The position numbers and the translations under genes were made by a program. A stretch of DNA of 49,740 nt, counting the filler, from Sphacelaria rigidula (Eukaryota), in the NCBI GenBank assembly GCA_964200075.2. It is 3 parts of 3 records of this genome, joined end to end, with 100 filler letters (N's around TTAATTAATTAA, not from the genome) between each part and the next. Parts side by side here need not be neighbours in the genome. Positions count along the whole stretch, not along the records: positions 1 to 16,516 come from CAXNAA020001330.1; positions 16,617 to 33,131 come from CAXNAA020001331.1; 1 more part is not named here. The stretch is one strand, 5' to 3'. This document shows, piece by piece, positions 12,223-23,645 of the stretch (position 1 is its first letter; every line of letters begins with the position of its first letter). The notes under the pieces are model-generated. The model ran no database searches and had not been told where the DNA came from. It saw nothing but the letters and a program-made list of their open reading frames with translations.

Positions 12223-14627
12223 ACGGCGTCTTTACGTTGCTCCGGCGAAAGAGAGGCGGTGGCCGTGTGAGCATCCATGGTCACCGCCGCCCGTAGGTCA
12301 TTCAGCCTCTGCTCCATCGCGGCCAGCCTACGTTGGAGATCGCTGATAATCGCACCTCTGTTTCTACACAGCAAATGGAGCTTTGCGACCTCTCGGGAAA
12401 CCCGCGAGGAAGAAGGAAATTGCAAACCCTCCGCCCATCTATTGCTGATGTTTAGACACCTCGCAGTGCGACGGAGGCTACGTCGGACACGCTACGCCCG
12501 AGATCCGCCATTAGCTGTCGCGCGAGTTTCCGCACATACGTACGGTTCACGTCCGGACACTTTTCTTCCCCCCGATGTCCGAGTAGCCACTCCTCCACGT
12601 CCATGCAAGTTACTACAGCTCCTGTACTCAGCATGGCCTGCGCGCGCTGGGTGGTGCGGGACACCCATCCCCGTCGGTTGGGGCTTTGTCGTGGGCAGAC
12701 ATCATACGCGCTTCCTCCATGTTTGCAGAATGTAGGTATTTCTTGAACGAGCACCGACAGGCATTGCACGAAATGCTGTTGGCTGCCAGCGCCTTGTTCC
12801 CCTGTGACAGTAGTAATGAACCTCGGCGTCCGCCCCCTCCAACGGTGAAGTACTCCGACATTGCCTCGCACGCCTCTCCAGCTCGGCGCGAAGACGTCCG
12901 TGCAACGCCTGCGGACTCCTGATGGTTCCCGCAGACGTGACACCTTTGGCGAATGCACTTGAGTTTCGAACGCTCGAACGCCCGAAAGAGATCGTAGAAA
13001 CAATCGTCTCTTGAGCATAGGCATTCCGAGGAGGACGGTATGCACCATGAATGGCGGTGGACAGTCTGCCACCCCCATATTCACTCCACCACTTAGCCGC
13101 CAGACTCACTTTGTGCGCACCGAAGTGATTGAAGTCAGTGGCTGGCCGATGGCACGCAGCACATCGCCTGTCGCCCCGCGCGTGATCCGCGGTATAATGT
13201 GTGCACCAACCCACAACCCAAGGGCCGGCCGATCCGCATTCGGGCTTGCCACATTGCGGCCGCTTCCCGCGGCCACGTGCTGGGGCGGAAGAGACCTTTG
13301 TACGTCGCGCGGAGGAAGCCAAGCGACTTGTGGTTGGCGGCTGGCTCGTGTGTTGCTCATCGCGGGCGTGACGACCCCTCCGCGTTGCCATTCGCGATCC
13401 ACTCCCGCCGGCGGCGTGGCCGCCTCCAGGGCGTTCCAATTGCGCCGGGGTGGAGTCTTTCAGCGCAGAAGGGGGAGACAGGTCACAGGGTTCGCCGTTG
13501 GAGGCCTGTGTTGCTGCCGATACAGCGGCGGCAGTCAGCTTAAGACGGGGGACGGATCCCGTTAGCGCCCGATGATGTACTCCGGAGCCCACAACGTCGG
13601 CGCCGAAGGTGCGGGATCGGGATCTCTTCTGTCGCTCCATTCGGTCAGTTGATCCCACGCGGAATCCATCAGTATCCGGGGGCGGATCTGTTCTCTTCTC
13701 CATACGCGCAGGCGGAGTGGCGCAGTTTTCCGATGCGAGACCGGCGTGAAGGACGAGGCCATGCCCATCACCCGGTGTGTCTTGGTTTGGAAACATTGAA
13801 GGAGCCTCGGGTGTTGACAGCGCGGCGCCGCCTGGGGGGCGGAGACAACGGCGACGAGTGAAATTCCAGTTCTTCCCATATAAAGGACCGTGTGCGAGTG
13901 GCATCCGATTTATCCTTGCACAAGGTGAGACAAGTCTAAGTCGCTTTCTGTCCGTATGTCATCCTCTGCATGAGAAGCACTTACCAGGGAGGGGTGCAGG
14001 TGATTCTGCTGAGTATCCTGCAGCAACAAGGCGTATGTCTGCCAGGCCTCCGGCCGACACCTGCAGCGGGTTGCGAATGCACAGTCGAGGCAGTGTGTTT
14101 TCGGGGGATTGTCGGCGGCAAGCGGGAGGGCGGAGATAGGTACCCGTGTCGCCCACGTGACAGCCGCTGGTGTACCATGAGTCCTATTTGGCGGACTCCC
14201 ATCGAAGAATTGACATATCGTTTGGAGCGGTGTCCAATGCCAAACGATTGCCGTAACACGGCGTGGTGTTGACAGTTGGTGACTACCAGTTGCGGCCAGT
14301 TCCATAATGAGATATAGTCCGGAAGAATGAGCTTCTACCCTCCAAGAGTATTTCCGCCGCACTTTCAGCGACTGTGCTCGGCGATTTGTTTCGGCTAAGT
14401 GCACCTTGATGATGGCGTGGATGCTTCATTCCACGCGTTTTACCAAAGCCGTAACTGTTCAAATCTGACCAAAATCCTCATATAACCCTCATATCGGTTC
14501 GGGGGGGGAGTACGGTTGGTCTCAGCGCTGTGAGCTGACGGGTTCGGTACAAAGCGGTGAGACACTCCGTGCGCGGCCGAGGGGCATCAGACTGAGCAAA
14601 AAAGCATCGGCCGCCGTCGCTGAAAGT

Positions 14628-15050
14628 GTGGGGAAAGCTCTGTTTGCGGCTAGACGCTCACTGTACTGAAAAGTATTTTTCAGTATGTGATTGGCCGTTA
14701 CGGGCAGTTGCGAAGCGACAACACCGGGCGGTGTTGAGGCCGTCATTATTTATTAGGAACTGGTGGGCAAGGTATTTCCATTCTGGTGGGGAGCCCGCCC
14801 AACAGGAATTATATTCCAAAGGGCAGGCCCGAGAAGAGCAAAAGAGTGGGGAAAGCACTGTATGCGGGGAGACGCTCGCTTTGCTGCAAAATAGTTTTTC
14901 GTATGTAATTGGCTGTTAGTGGCAGTTGCAAAGCGACCACACCGGGCTGTGTTGAGGCAGTCATTATTTCTTAGGAACTGGTGGGCAAGGTATTTTCATT
15001 ATGGTGCGGAGCCCGCCTACCAGGAATCATAATCGAAAGGGTAGGCTCGA
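14628..15050. repeat. ~219-bp tandem duplication
   Basis: GTGGGGAAAGC...ATTGGC.GTTA...TTAGGAACTGGTGGGCAAGGTATTT...GGAGCCCGCC occurs twice, starting ~14628 and ~14847. Confidence 0.9.
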
Positions 15051-15779
15051 CAAGAGGGACAGGAATCATCGGCCGCCATACATTCGTCGTGATACAGGAC
15101 CCCATGCGAAGAACAACGACGGTGTTTTGAATCCCTGACAACATGTGCTTCACATACGGACGACAATGCGATGCAAACATTGTACAGGGCAACAGATGCG
15201 TGTCTCACCGGTGTCCCCACGGCGTTTACTCCCTCGTTCTTGGAGTCGCGGCCTGTCACGCAACTTCCCCCCGGCGGCGTGTTCATGGTACCACACCTGC
15301 CAATCACGACCGCAGTGAGCGATGGACCGTCGGACCTGTGGTTATGTGATTGATTGCTAGTGTCATGTACACAAACCCGCGCCCACTGCGACCCTACTTT
15401 CAACCCCGATGTACACGCCGGTGCCGTGTCCCACCCGAGAAGGACGCACGATCATCACGTACAAGAATGTTTTCGTGAGATTGGCAGAAGAGCATTGGTC
15501 GAGAGCGGGTTATATCATTCGCTTCATCTTGACCAATTACTTATCCTGTGTGTGCTTTCGTTCGCTTCAATCACTCGCGAAAGGTTCAAGCGGACGCCTC
15601 TACCGTACTCAGGGATATGAAGGAGTTCATTGGCAAGCTACAATGGAAGGCGTGTGGGGCCCCGTGGAGGGGCATCTCGGAACAGAAGTTATTCATTCAT
15701 GTATTCACCGCTGCCTACTCTGGAATGTATCCTCACCTCTCCATCTCACAAAACCTTTGTTACATCATATGCGACAGCT

Positions 15780-15990
15780 AAGTACAGTGGAGTACATAAC
15801 AGTGCAGTGCAGAATGGGACAGGACAGTAGAGTGCAATACACCGTAGCACTGTAAAGGGCAAAATAGTACGGTTCAGTACAGTACAGCACAGTGCAGTAC
15901 AGCACAGCAGAGTACAGCACAAGGCAGGACGACACCGAATACAGTATACTGCAGTGCAATGCAACAGTGCACAGCAATACACAGTACATG
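15780..15990. repeat. (CAGTA/CAGCA/CAGTG)n degenerate pentamer microsatellite
   Basis: Directly visible low-complexity tract. Confidence 0.85.
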
Positions 15991-16516
15991 ACCGCATCGA
16001 AACTCTATTATGCCGCTTTACTACAGCACTGTTCGCAATTCAATTTCGCCGACTCTGCCACCAAGCATGCATGCAAACACTTGCTGTGCTAATGTTCGCG
16101 CCGGCACCATTTTACATGATTATTTTTCAATTGGATTGAATACATTATGGGCTACTCTCTACGCCTCGCCAAAGCGTGGGGTCTACGTCATGGCCGGCGC
16201 CGGGCGGCGTACCATTGCGATCGCCATGCAGCAATGCAAAGCAACACGATCCATACCATATAACTGCGGAAACAGTCACCTCGGCAGCCAGATCTCCGCA
16301 CCGACAGTCCTACCTTAAACTAGGCTTTCCAGCGATGCCGCTTGTTGAAATTCCACCCCTCCGCTGGGGGCGCAACCACCACGCCAACTGTGCGTGTTCT
16401 GCGTCTGTTCCGAGCTCAAACATTGTACGATGACTTTTGTACGCAAGCAGTTCCACTGATTTTTTTTTTTTTTTGCGCGCAAAACAATAAAAAAAACACT
16501 TCCGGTGTTGACCCTC

Positions 16517-16616
16517 NNNNNNNNNNNNNNNNNNNNNNNNNNNNNNNNNNNNNNNNNNNNTTAATTAATTAANNNNNNNNNNNNNNNNNNNNNNNNNNNN
16601 NNNNNNNNNNNNNNNN
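16517..16616. other. Assembly gap with six-frame-stop linker
   Basis: N-run, TTAATTAATTAA, N-run. Confidence 0.95.
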
Positions 16617-19475
16617 GGGGGGGGGGAGGGAGGGGGGGGGGGGGGGCGCGAGGAGTGTTGTTCGTACGTGGGGATACTCATTCTTTGCTTGCCTTAGTCG
16701 TTTGACAATTGACTACGCATCCCTTTCTATTCCTCATAGAGACACCTCCAACATTTAGGTGTTCATTACGTGGGGGCGAGTAGTCCAAATACCAACTCGC
16801 GAACAAGTTTCACACACAAGAAGCGGCCGCGTTGATGCTCAGGAGCTAGTATCTGCTTATACCTGGGTGTCTCACGACAGTGGTGATAAAAATCACCCGT
16901 AGCACGATGGGGGAATGGGCAATATACTAGCTTCGCGTATTCATAGCACCGAGTGATAAGTTGCGACAGATGACGAAGGCGAGAGGAATTCTTGTGAAAC
17001 ACACAGCCCCCATCTTTCGATGAAGTTCCACGTTCAGAATGATGCAAGCAAAGACACCGTGATGCGGCTCGTTAAAAATGGGTCCACCATATTGCGAGGT
17101 ATAGGCTGGCAGATAGAGCTCGGAAATGGTTTGTTGAATAGTTACGTGTAGCGCACGCATTAACCAGTAAAATGGTACATGATGGTTGGGTCATCGAGCG
17201 GCGCAGCCGCAAGCCAGAAGCCTCCCCCCGGCAGAGGGGGACCCCGCTGGAGGCGTCGTGCCGGAGGCACGTTTTTACACGATTTGGCTTCACTAGAGCC
17301 AAAAAATACGTTAAATTTGGGCTAATTTTCAAGGGCTGTGTGTAGTATTCGTAGCCGGTAACGGTAAATAATTATTCGAAACCATTATCCAAAAAATTGG
17401 CATAACGATCACCATTATGACCATTATACTGATAATGGCCAGTTATAACTGATACCATTTCCGAGCTCTCCTGGCATCTGTATCGGCGGACGTACCTGTG
17501 GCGGATTTTTGTAACCCTAGACGCACAAGCAATTTGTGTGGTAACAACTCGAGAGGTTGAATCCTACTCGACGCATATTTAAGAAAGCAGAGAGATCCTT
17601 GCCTCCTGATAGGCTGTGGTGTCCTCCTTGTCCACCTCGAGATCTCCCCCGGCGTCCATCTCATCCCAATCGCCCAGGATACGATAAAATGGCAGGCTGA
17701 TTTGCCAAACAAACACCATGTCACGTTGCAGAAGTGATCGCCGGCGGAACGCGGGGGGTGGTCAGACCTTTCATTCGGAAATGCCGTGAGGGTTGACGTA
17801 AAGCTAGTTCTACGTCCTGTTTCATGAGCCTTGGCGTCCCTAATAACAAACTACTTTTACAACCAGAAAAATGGCTGTTGCAGTCCATCAAAAACCAACG
17901 CAGCGAGCAGACGATACAAGAGCATGCACGCGTCATATACCGCTATTGAGAGCGCTACCCGTGAAAACCGGTGCGCTCATGGGCAGATCAGCGCCCCGAC
18001 AAATGCAATAACTTGGGGAATTTCGCTGAAGAAGTTGCCTCATGCTGCATAATCAGAGATACGCGGATTAAGCACCTGCGTTTACGACGCCTCCACACGC
18101 CCAAAATTCCGCAAAAAAATGCGCAGGGTGGTCGGTTAGGTACATACCCCCATGTTCGTTTGCTGCCAGTGTGAGTGTCGGTGGTGTGCTGCCCGTATTA
18201 GTGTCGGTGGTGTAGAACTAGAAAACTTGGCCGAGTCATTAAGCAAACGAGTACTTGTACTAAATTCCAGGATGACCTTACAAGTGCTTCGCCCTGCAAA
18301 ATCACAAAACGCCTACCTAGACGGCCCACCAGCACATTTGCTTTGCATCTCTCACGTTGGATCGTCCATGTACGCGCGCATGCCTCCAGGTGTAAACCCC
18401 GACGCCGGATTCGAGCTGCTCGAGAATCGTATGGCAACCTCACAGCCGTGGTTGAGGTGTGGTCGATCGTTGGCTCGTAAGGCCTGGGCAACGTGGAGGC
18501 AGGGTAACGCAACAATCAGCAATTGGAAAAGTACGACCCTCCACATTCTCGAGAGCATGGTGCTGCAGTCCACGGGCGTCTCCAGTGGATTTTTTCCACC
18601 TAGATCATAATCCTACACCTTCCCTTGTCGTGTTTTCGTCTGGTGACAAAACGTTGGAGAGGTGCACCCTTCTTCAGCGAAGTGACTTCCGCTAACGTAC
18701 CTCGAGTGTAATTGCTGCTACGTGTCTCGGGGCGTGATTAGGGCTTGGATATAGATGCTCATCATCTTCCGTCCTTTCATTTTGCGATGAGCGCCCTGGT
18801 TGTTGTCTTGGTCCGAGAGGTGCTCCGTCCGGCGGGGGCGTTTGTTCCAGGGAGTCTGACTTTGTGGCGGATCACCGTGGGCGATACATGCAAGACGGAT
18901 TCTTCGTTAGCTGCATGCCATATGCAATTGCGGTGTCGGTATATCGCAGTGAAGTTAGAGCATCCAGTCTGCGTAACTTCAGCAGCACCGCTCGTGTAAA
19001 GGCTGCATTGCGGTCGTGTTCCAATATCATAGAGAGGCGGGTGATGCATCTATTCGCGGTGGCAACTGGGTATACCCGCGCTGTATACCGGGTCGTCGAC
19101 GGTCAGTTCGTCAGGTGACCGCTGGTGAGCTCTAAGCTATCGGTTTGGGGCCTTTGCAGTAGGATCATTTTCTTACCTCCGTCGCGACAGAAACACGAAG
19201 TTGAGTTAACACACACTTATGCAGGAGAGTGCTCATTTGCTTGTTTCTCGACTTCTTCGGTCTGCTATTTTCTATCTGTCTGACATCTTACTCGTTTCTC
19301 GAATTTCCTTCAACGAGTGTTTCCGTTTGATTCACACACTGGATATGTCTACTGTGCGTGTACAGTATCTTGCGACAACGGCTGGGTGCCCCGGGGGTAA
19401 GTAGATATGCAACAACCAATCGACCAATCGATCAATCTAGTATGCACCTCACTGGCAGCCGAGGAGCACCAGCAG

Positions 19476-19495
19476 TGTGCGTGTGTGTGTGTGTG

Positions 19496-19534
<39 letters not shown>

Positions 19535-19650
19535 ATTCGTGTGTTCGTCGTCCCATCTATTCTGGACGCCAGTCTACACCTTACGGTATATATTGGCGCA
19601 TCAGGCGGGGTCACACATGAGGGAGGTCAACACAGGACTTTTTGTTTATT
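19476..19650 (-). mobile_element. Truncated SINE 3' end with (CA)n tail
   Basis: TCTATTCTGGACGCCAGTCTACA...GGTCAACACAGGA is shared with 33518-33600, and the adjacent (GT)n runs 19476-19531. Confidence 0.7.
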
Positions 19651-19982
19651 TTTAGCACTTCTTGTACCGAACTGAACATGGCGGAAGTGGCAGGACTCCC
19701 CATCATCTCCACTTGTCTTCATTTTTTCCCTACTAATTGCTGACTACCATGCACCCCTCCCCCGAGGTGGTGTGTTGCGTGGTGCTTCTCTTGTGATGCC
19801 TAGTATATTCGTACACATGGCTGTCCCTCTAGGGGTATAAGGACAGAACCTTGCGCTTCTTATCGATTTGGTTGGTGATCTTGGTCCCTGAGTTTGCCTC
19901 CCTGTTTGGCTTCGCGTGCTGAGTGGACCAATGGACCCTGCCTGCAGTAGCCCGAACGGTTGCATACGGCATCGGAACTTGA

Positions 19983-20763
19983 CCCTTAGACAGCGATCGT
20001 CTCGAAACAGTTTCACAGGCTGACAGTCCGGAGACATTCGGGGGTTTCTAGCGGCCGGGGGAGTGGCTTTTGCGGGGGAGGGGGGGGGGGGGTCTGTCCG
20101 CAGAGCAGCCGAAAAGCTCACCAAGTCAACCATGTGTGTTTGTAAGTTTTCCGCGGAAGATACTAAGCGAGGAACGAGGCCCGAGAGGCGCGTAATGACC
20201 ATTGTGACCAATCACGGCCGTCAAAATGAGCACGTAGATCCCCTATAAGTGTACGTACAGGTGGACTACTTCGCTGTCTACCAAGCATTCCTCATTTTGG
20301 TCACGGCAAATCAACCATAGACCACATGGGTACAAATGGCGTGTGTTGTACTCTGCTCGAGGCCTGCGCCGCCTGTCTCACGCCTCATGTGTTGCCATCA
20401 TAGCTTCACACTGCATTTGGTGTTGTTGTTGAATACTAAGCGGAGGCATCAGCAGCATGCAGTAAATTGTGTTCAGGGGAGAGCGATGGCACGCTGACTG
20501 TTTCTTGCCGCTGTATCCACGGAGACATACCACACACACATTATGCCTCTGTACGCTATTGACTGCACTGTCAAAACCGACCAGGGGTTCTCCGGACCGG
20601 TTTCCTATATAGATGCCCATCATCAATCAATCAATCAATCGATCAATCCACATGATGATGAACGACGAAGGCGTTTTGTGTAACGAGAAAGGAGCTATTC
20701 TGAACCCTAAATGTAGCATAGTCTACCTCAGTCCACCTGCGAGGGAGGGTCGCTGTCGAAGCG
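19983..20763. mobile_element. ~780-bp piggyBac-like MITE, copy 1
   Basis: Collinear with 45938-46687. Ends are CCCTTAGACAGCGA / TCGCTGTCGAAGCG, and it carries an extra (ATCA)n tract at ~20620. Confidence 0.7.
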
Positions 20764-21739
20764 TCAGGAGGTAAGCACTTTCTTTTCCCCCTTCTTTTCC
20801 TTTCTTGTTGTTGGGCCCAGTATGATCGAAGGTATGTTGTTCAATAAAAATTCTCCAATTCAGGAGATCTCCCAACGGCCCATTGTTATCAAGATCTGCT
20901 GTTGCTGTTGGATATGTTATTACGGATGTAGTGGTGATCTCGTCGTTTGCTTGCCTTCGCCGGCAAAATGAAGGACAGGATAATGCTGCCTGCCCATGTA
21001 GGGCGTTGGAAACTACGGCAAACATCCTTCTCGCAACCTCTCTGTGAAACGGGGGGGGTAGTCGGGCAGGCGAGGGCATGATCGATCAGCTCTCCAGGGA
21101 TGCAGTAGCAGCACACACACACACACAAACACAAAAAAAATATACAGACCGTAAAAAAATTCGTGCAAAGATTGCAGCATGCTTACGTTCTGTCAGTTCT
21201 ATGCGCCGATACACCCACTAGACCGCCAGCTATAGACTTTACAGACGGTGCGGTAGCGTACACTCGTGGCAGCACAGCAGGCAAGCAGGTAGCTAATGAA
21301 TTGTTTCTGCTCTTCACTTCGAACATGCGTATGTCCGCAAACGCCGACCACTGTGCTTGACCCCAACATCTCCAACACCGCTGCCAACGTACACACCGTC
21401 TAAGAAGATGGACACCGCCGATCCACGGTGATTTTTACTCTACGACATGGCCTAGGGTGTCACTGGCAAGGTTTCTGATGACTCTCGCACGCTTGCGAGC
21501 GCCACGGCGTGCTCACAGGGCAGCGCTGCGAAGTCTTGCGCTGCAGTCCGAAGTGTTCAGACTTCTCCTGACGTGAAGCGTACGAGAAAAAATCACACCC
21601 TGGACAATACAACATCTTTTCCATATATATTGGTCGATCATGTTGGAATTTTGCGATACAGAGGGCGCCCGCACTTGATAACATCTCATTTTGAGCGAGG
21701 CTCAGTTTTTGTTAGCTGCCCCAACCCAGCACAAGTGCT

Positions 21740-21935
21740 TATTTCGTCGCCCCATCCTTGTCCAAAAACGATGTTCTTGTTCATATTTCAGCACCAATTG
21801 CTCCATTCGTGTGCAACAGTCGTTATGCACAAGTTCTTGTTTGCCATGATCTTATTTCGTCGTCCCATCCGTGTCCAAAAACGGTGTTCTTCTCCGTATT
21901 ACAACACGGATTGCTCCATTGGTGTGCTACAGTAG
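21740..21935. repeat. ~113-bp tandem duplication inside the TIR element
   Basis: TATTTCGTCG.CCCATCC.TGTCCAAAAACG.TGTTCTT...ATTGCTCCATT.GTGTGC.ACAGT at ~21740 and ~21853. Confidence 0.85.
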
Positions 21936-22244
21936 TCAGTATTACGGCACTTTGGTGGCGCTCAACTGCACTCGGCGGGCATGAGAACACTGGTGCTGCT
22001 GTTTGGCGCAAGAAAACACCCCCCCATGGGGCAACTATCAACCTTCTTGGTCCAATAGGGTGACGTTGGGGGTGCGTACCCTTCCCGCTCTACTGTATGT
22101 GGCTGCAGCGGTACACCACATGTGCGGGTTCTTGGTCTTAACCCCAGGTCCAATTTGAGCACGTGTTCTTATGGGCAAGTTCTTAATATTTGAAGTATTT
22201 GGGCCTCAAATTCTCAAGTGCCATGTTCTTAAGTGCGGGCGCCC

Positions 22245-23645
22245 TCTGTATATTGCCGGCGTAATATATATTGGTACCCTTGCATGACCAATACATATTA
22301 GAGTCGCATTGGTGAGAACATATTACCCGGTCAACATATATTGGATCTGCGTGGGTGCCAATGTATTGACCGGTCAATATATATATATTGGATATCATAA
22401 GTATGGTGTACGCTCTGAGGAAGATCCAGACGCGATGGATGCTCGAGCCCGTGCAGATTGGGAAAAGCTTCAAAGGGAGCCGCAGAAGTTCGCGTGAATG
22501 ACTACGGAGAGTAGTCGAATGCGTTTGACACATACATACAGTATCTACATACTAGATAGAAAATATGGTGACAGAAGAGGCGACCTGGTATATATGCCTC
22601 CTGATACCTAAGTGGCCACCGGTGCGGGGCCGCCCATCGCCTTCCCAGCATGTAATTAATATATCTTAGCGAAACATCACGATGACAGAAAACGCGGGTC
22701 GATATGCGCCTTTTGGTACCCCTGTGGTCACCGGGGCTGTGTTGCTTATACCCTGGACAATACAATATGTTCAAATATGATACCAATACTTGGTATTGGA
22801 GCCAGCTCAAATATTGTCCTTTCAAGATATATATTGTGTTGGAATGTCCTCGGAGACATTGGAGCAACAACATATATTGCTCGTGTCATGGTCATGAAGT
22901 AATGTATGACAATATATGTCGGACATACCTTTGCTCCGGGAATAAAACATTCGATATATATTGTGCATGCCGGCCGTGTATGTATTGAAGTGTCAAAATA
23001 TATTGAGTCGAAGCGATGCGTAGCATATTACTACCATAATATATATTGAACGCAAACCATGCAAAACGTATTGTTTTCCCAATATATATTGCGCACGCTC
23101 ATCACATAGCTTTTGTGCAGTCAATATATATTGAACACGCTCGCGGAGGGATATATTGAGCGTTTTCGGCACGTGGTGATACATATTTCAATGGCGCCCA
23201 CGAACATAGAGTTGCCCACTATACTAATTTCAATACACTTTGCAATCTACATGTTGAAAATAAAAATATATTGCTACACCAATATGTATTGTCACCATCC
23301 GTTCCCTCGTGTATTGTCCGCCCAATATATATTGGACGCATTGACGCACGACATATTGGAGCGGCAATATATATTGGCGCTTCGGGTGTCGAGTATATTG
23401 AATCATCAATATATTTTGACCTCGTGTGGCAGCCAATATATTACTCGACAAATATATGTTGGTGCCTTCTCGCACCAACATATTACGAGGCCAATACATA
23501 TTGAGGTGATGCGTGTCGTGATATATTGTTCCGTCAATATATATATGGCATGTCGCGAGCCTTGACATACTGCTCGCCCAATATATATATTGACCACCCG
23601 ACGCGTCGACATATTGAGCGGGCAATATATATATATATATATATT
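22245..23645. repeat. Phased motif array TATTG-N6-CAATATATATTG with unique spacers (~21 units, 42-43 bp period)
   Basis: The 12-mer or close variants start at 22262, 22289, 22332, 22375; 22825, 22868, 22910, 22952, 22994, 23037, 23080, 23122; and 23280, 23323, 23365, 23407, 23450, 23492, 23535, 23579, 23623. Confidence 0.9.

Larger units (their letters stand above)
5326..13904 (-). mobile_element. Decayed AcademX-like DNA transposon coding region (DDE transposase + XPG/FEN-like nuclease + C-terminal Cys-rich CXC finger)
   Basis: Ordered minus-strand motifs: FDNCD (D at 11676), IAGDEET (D at 10665), PGEFHIFMH, NYRRAHH, FSRLELDERQEMSN (E at 10023), IVDGG (~9415), VVICCDRS..IKAHEH.GR (~7930), GEGEVA (~6600), SVDTD (~6505), CDFLP (~6250), PPEGAL..QVKRA (~5930), GW, CGC...CRRRCTCARLGKGC..PCRCKGRC (~5660-5535). 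Broken into many frames. Confidence 0.8.

Noticed and set aside
6583-13565. Long plus-strand ORFs (e.g. 6583-7236, 6995-7654, 11651-12346, 13011-13565)
   Set aside because: Shadow ORFs of GC-rich minus-strand transposase sequence, with no recognisable motifs.
16561-16572. TTAATTAATTAA palindrome (also at 33176-33187)
   Set aside because: Artificial six-frame-stop linker embedded in N runs.
18900-18980. PHD-finger-like LHCD...LHMAC on the minus strand
   Set aside because: Too few ligands, flanked by stops, and could arise by chance.
21495-21545. LPCEHAVALA as a SWIM zinc finger of a MULE transposase (minus strand)
   Set aside because: The upstream CxC is not in frame, no other MULE motifs are present, and the opposite strand reads at least as well.
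22245-23645. Bona fide CRISPR array
   Set aside because: Eukaryotic context with no cas genes or leader. The repeat is bipartite with a variable core, the spacers are only ~18 nt, and the array lies inside a TIR/TSD element.
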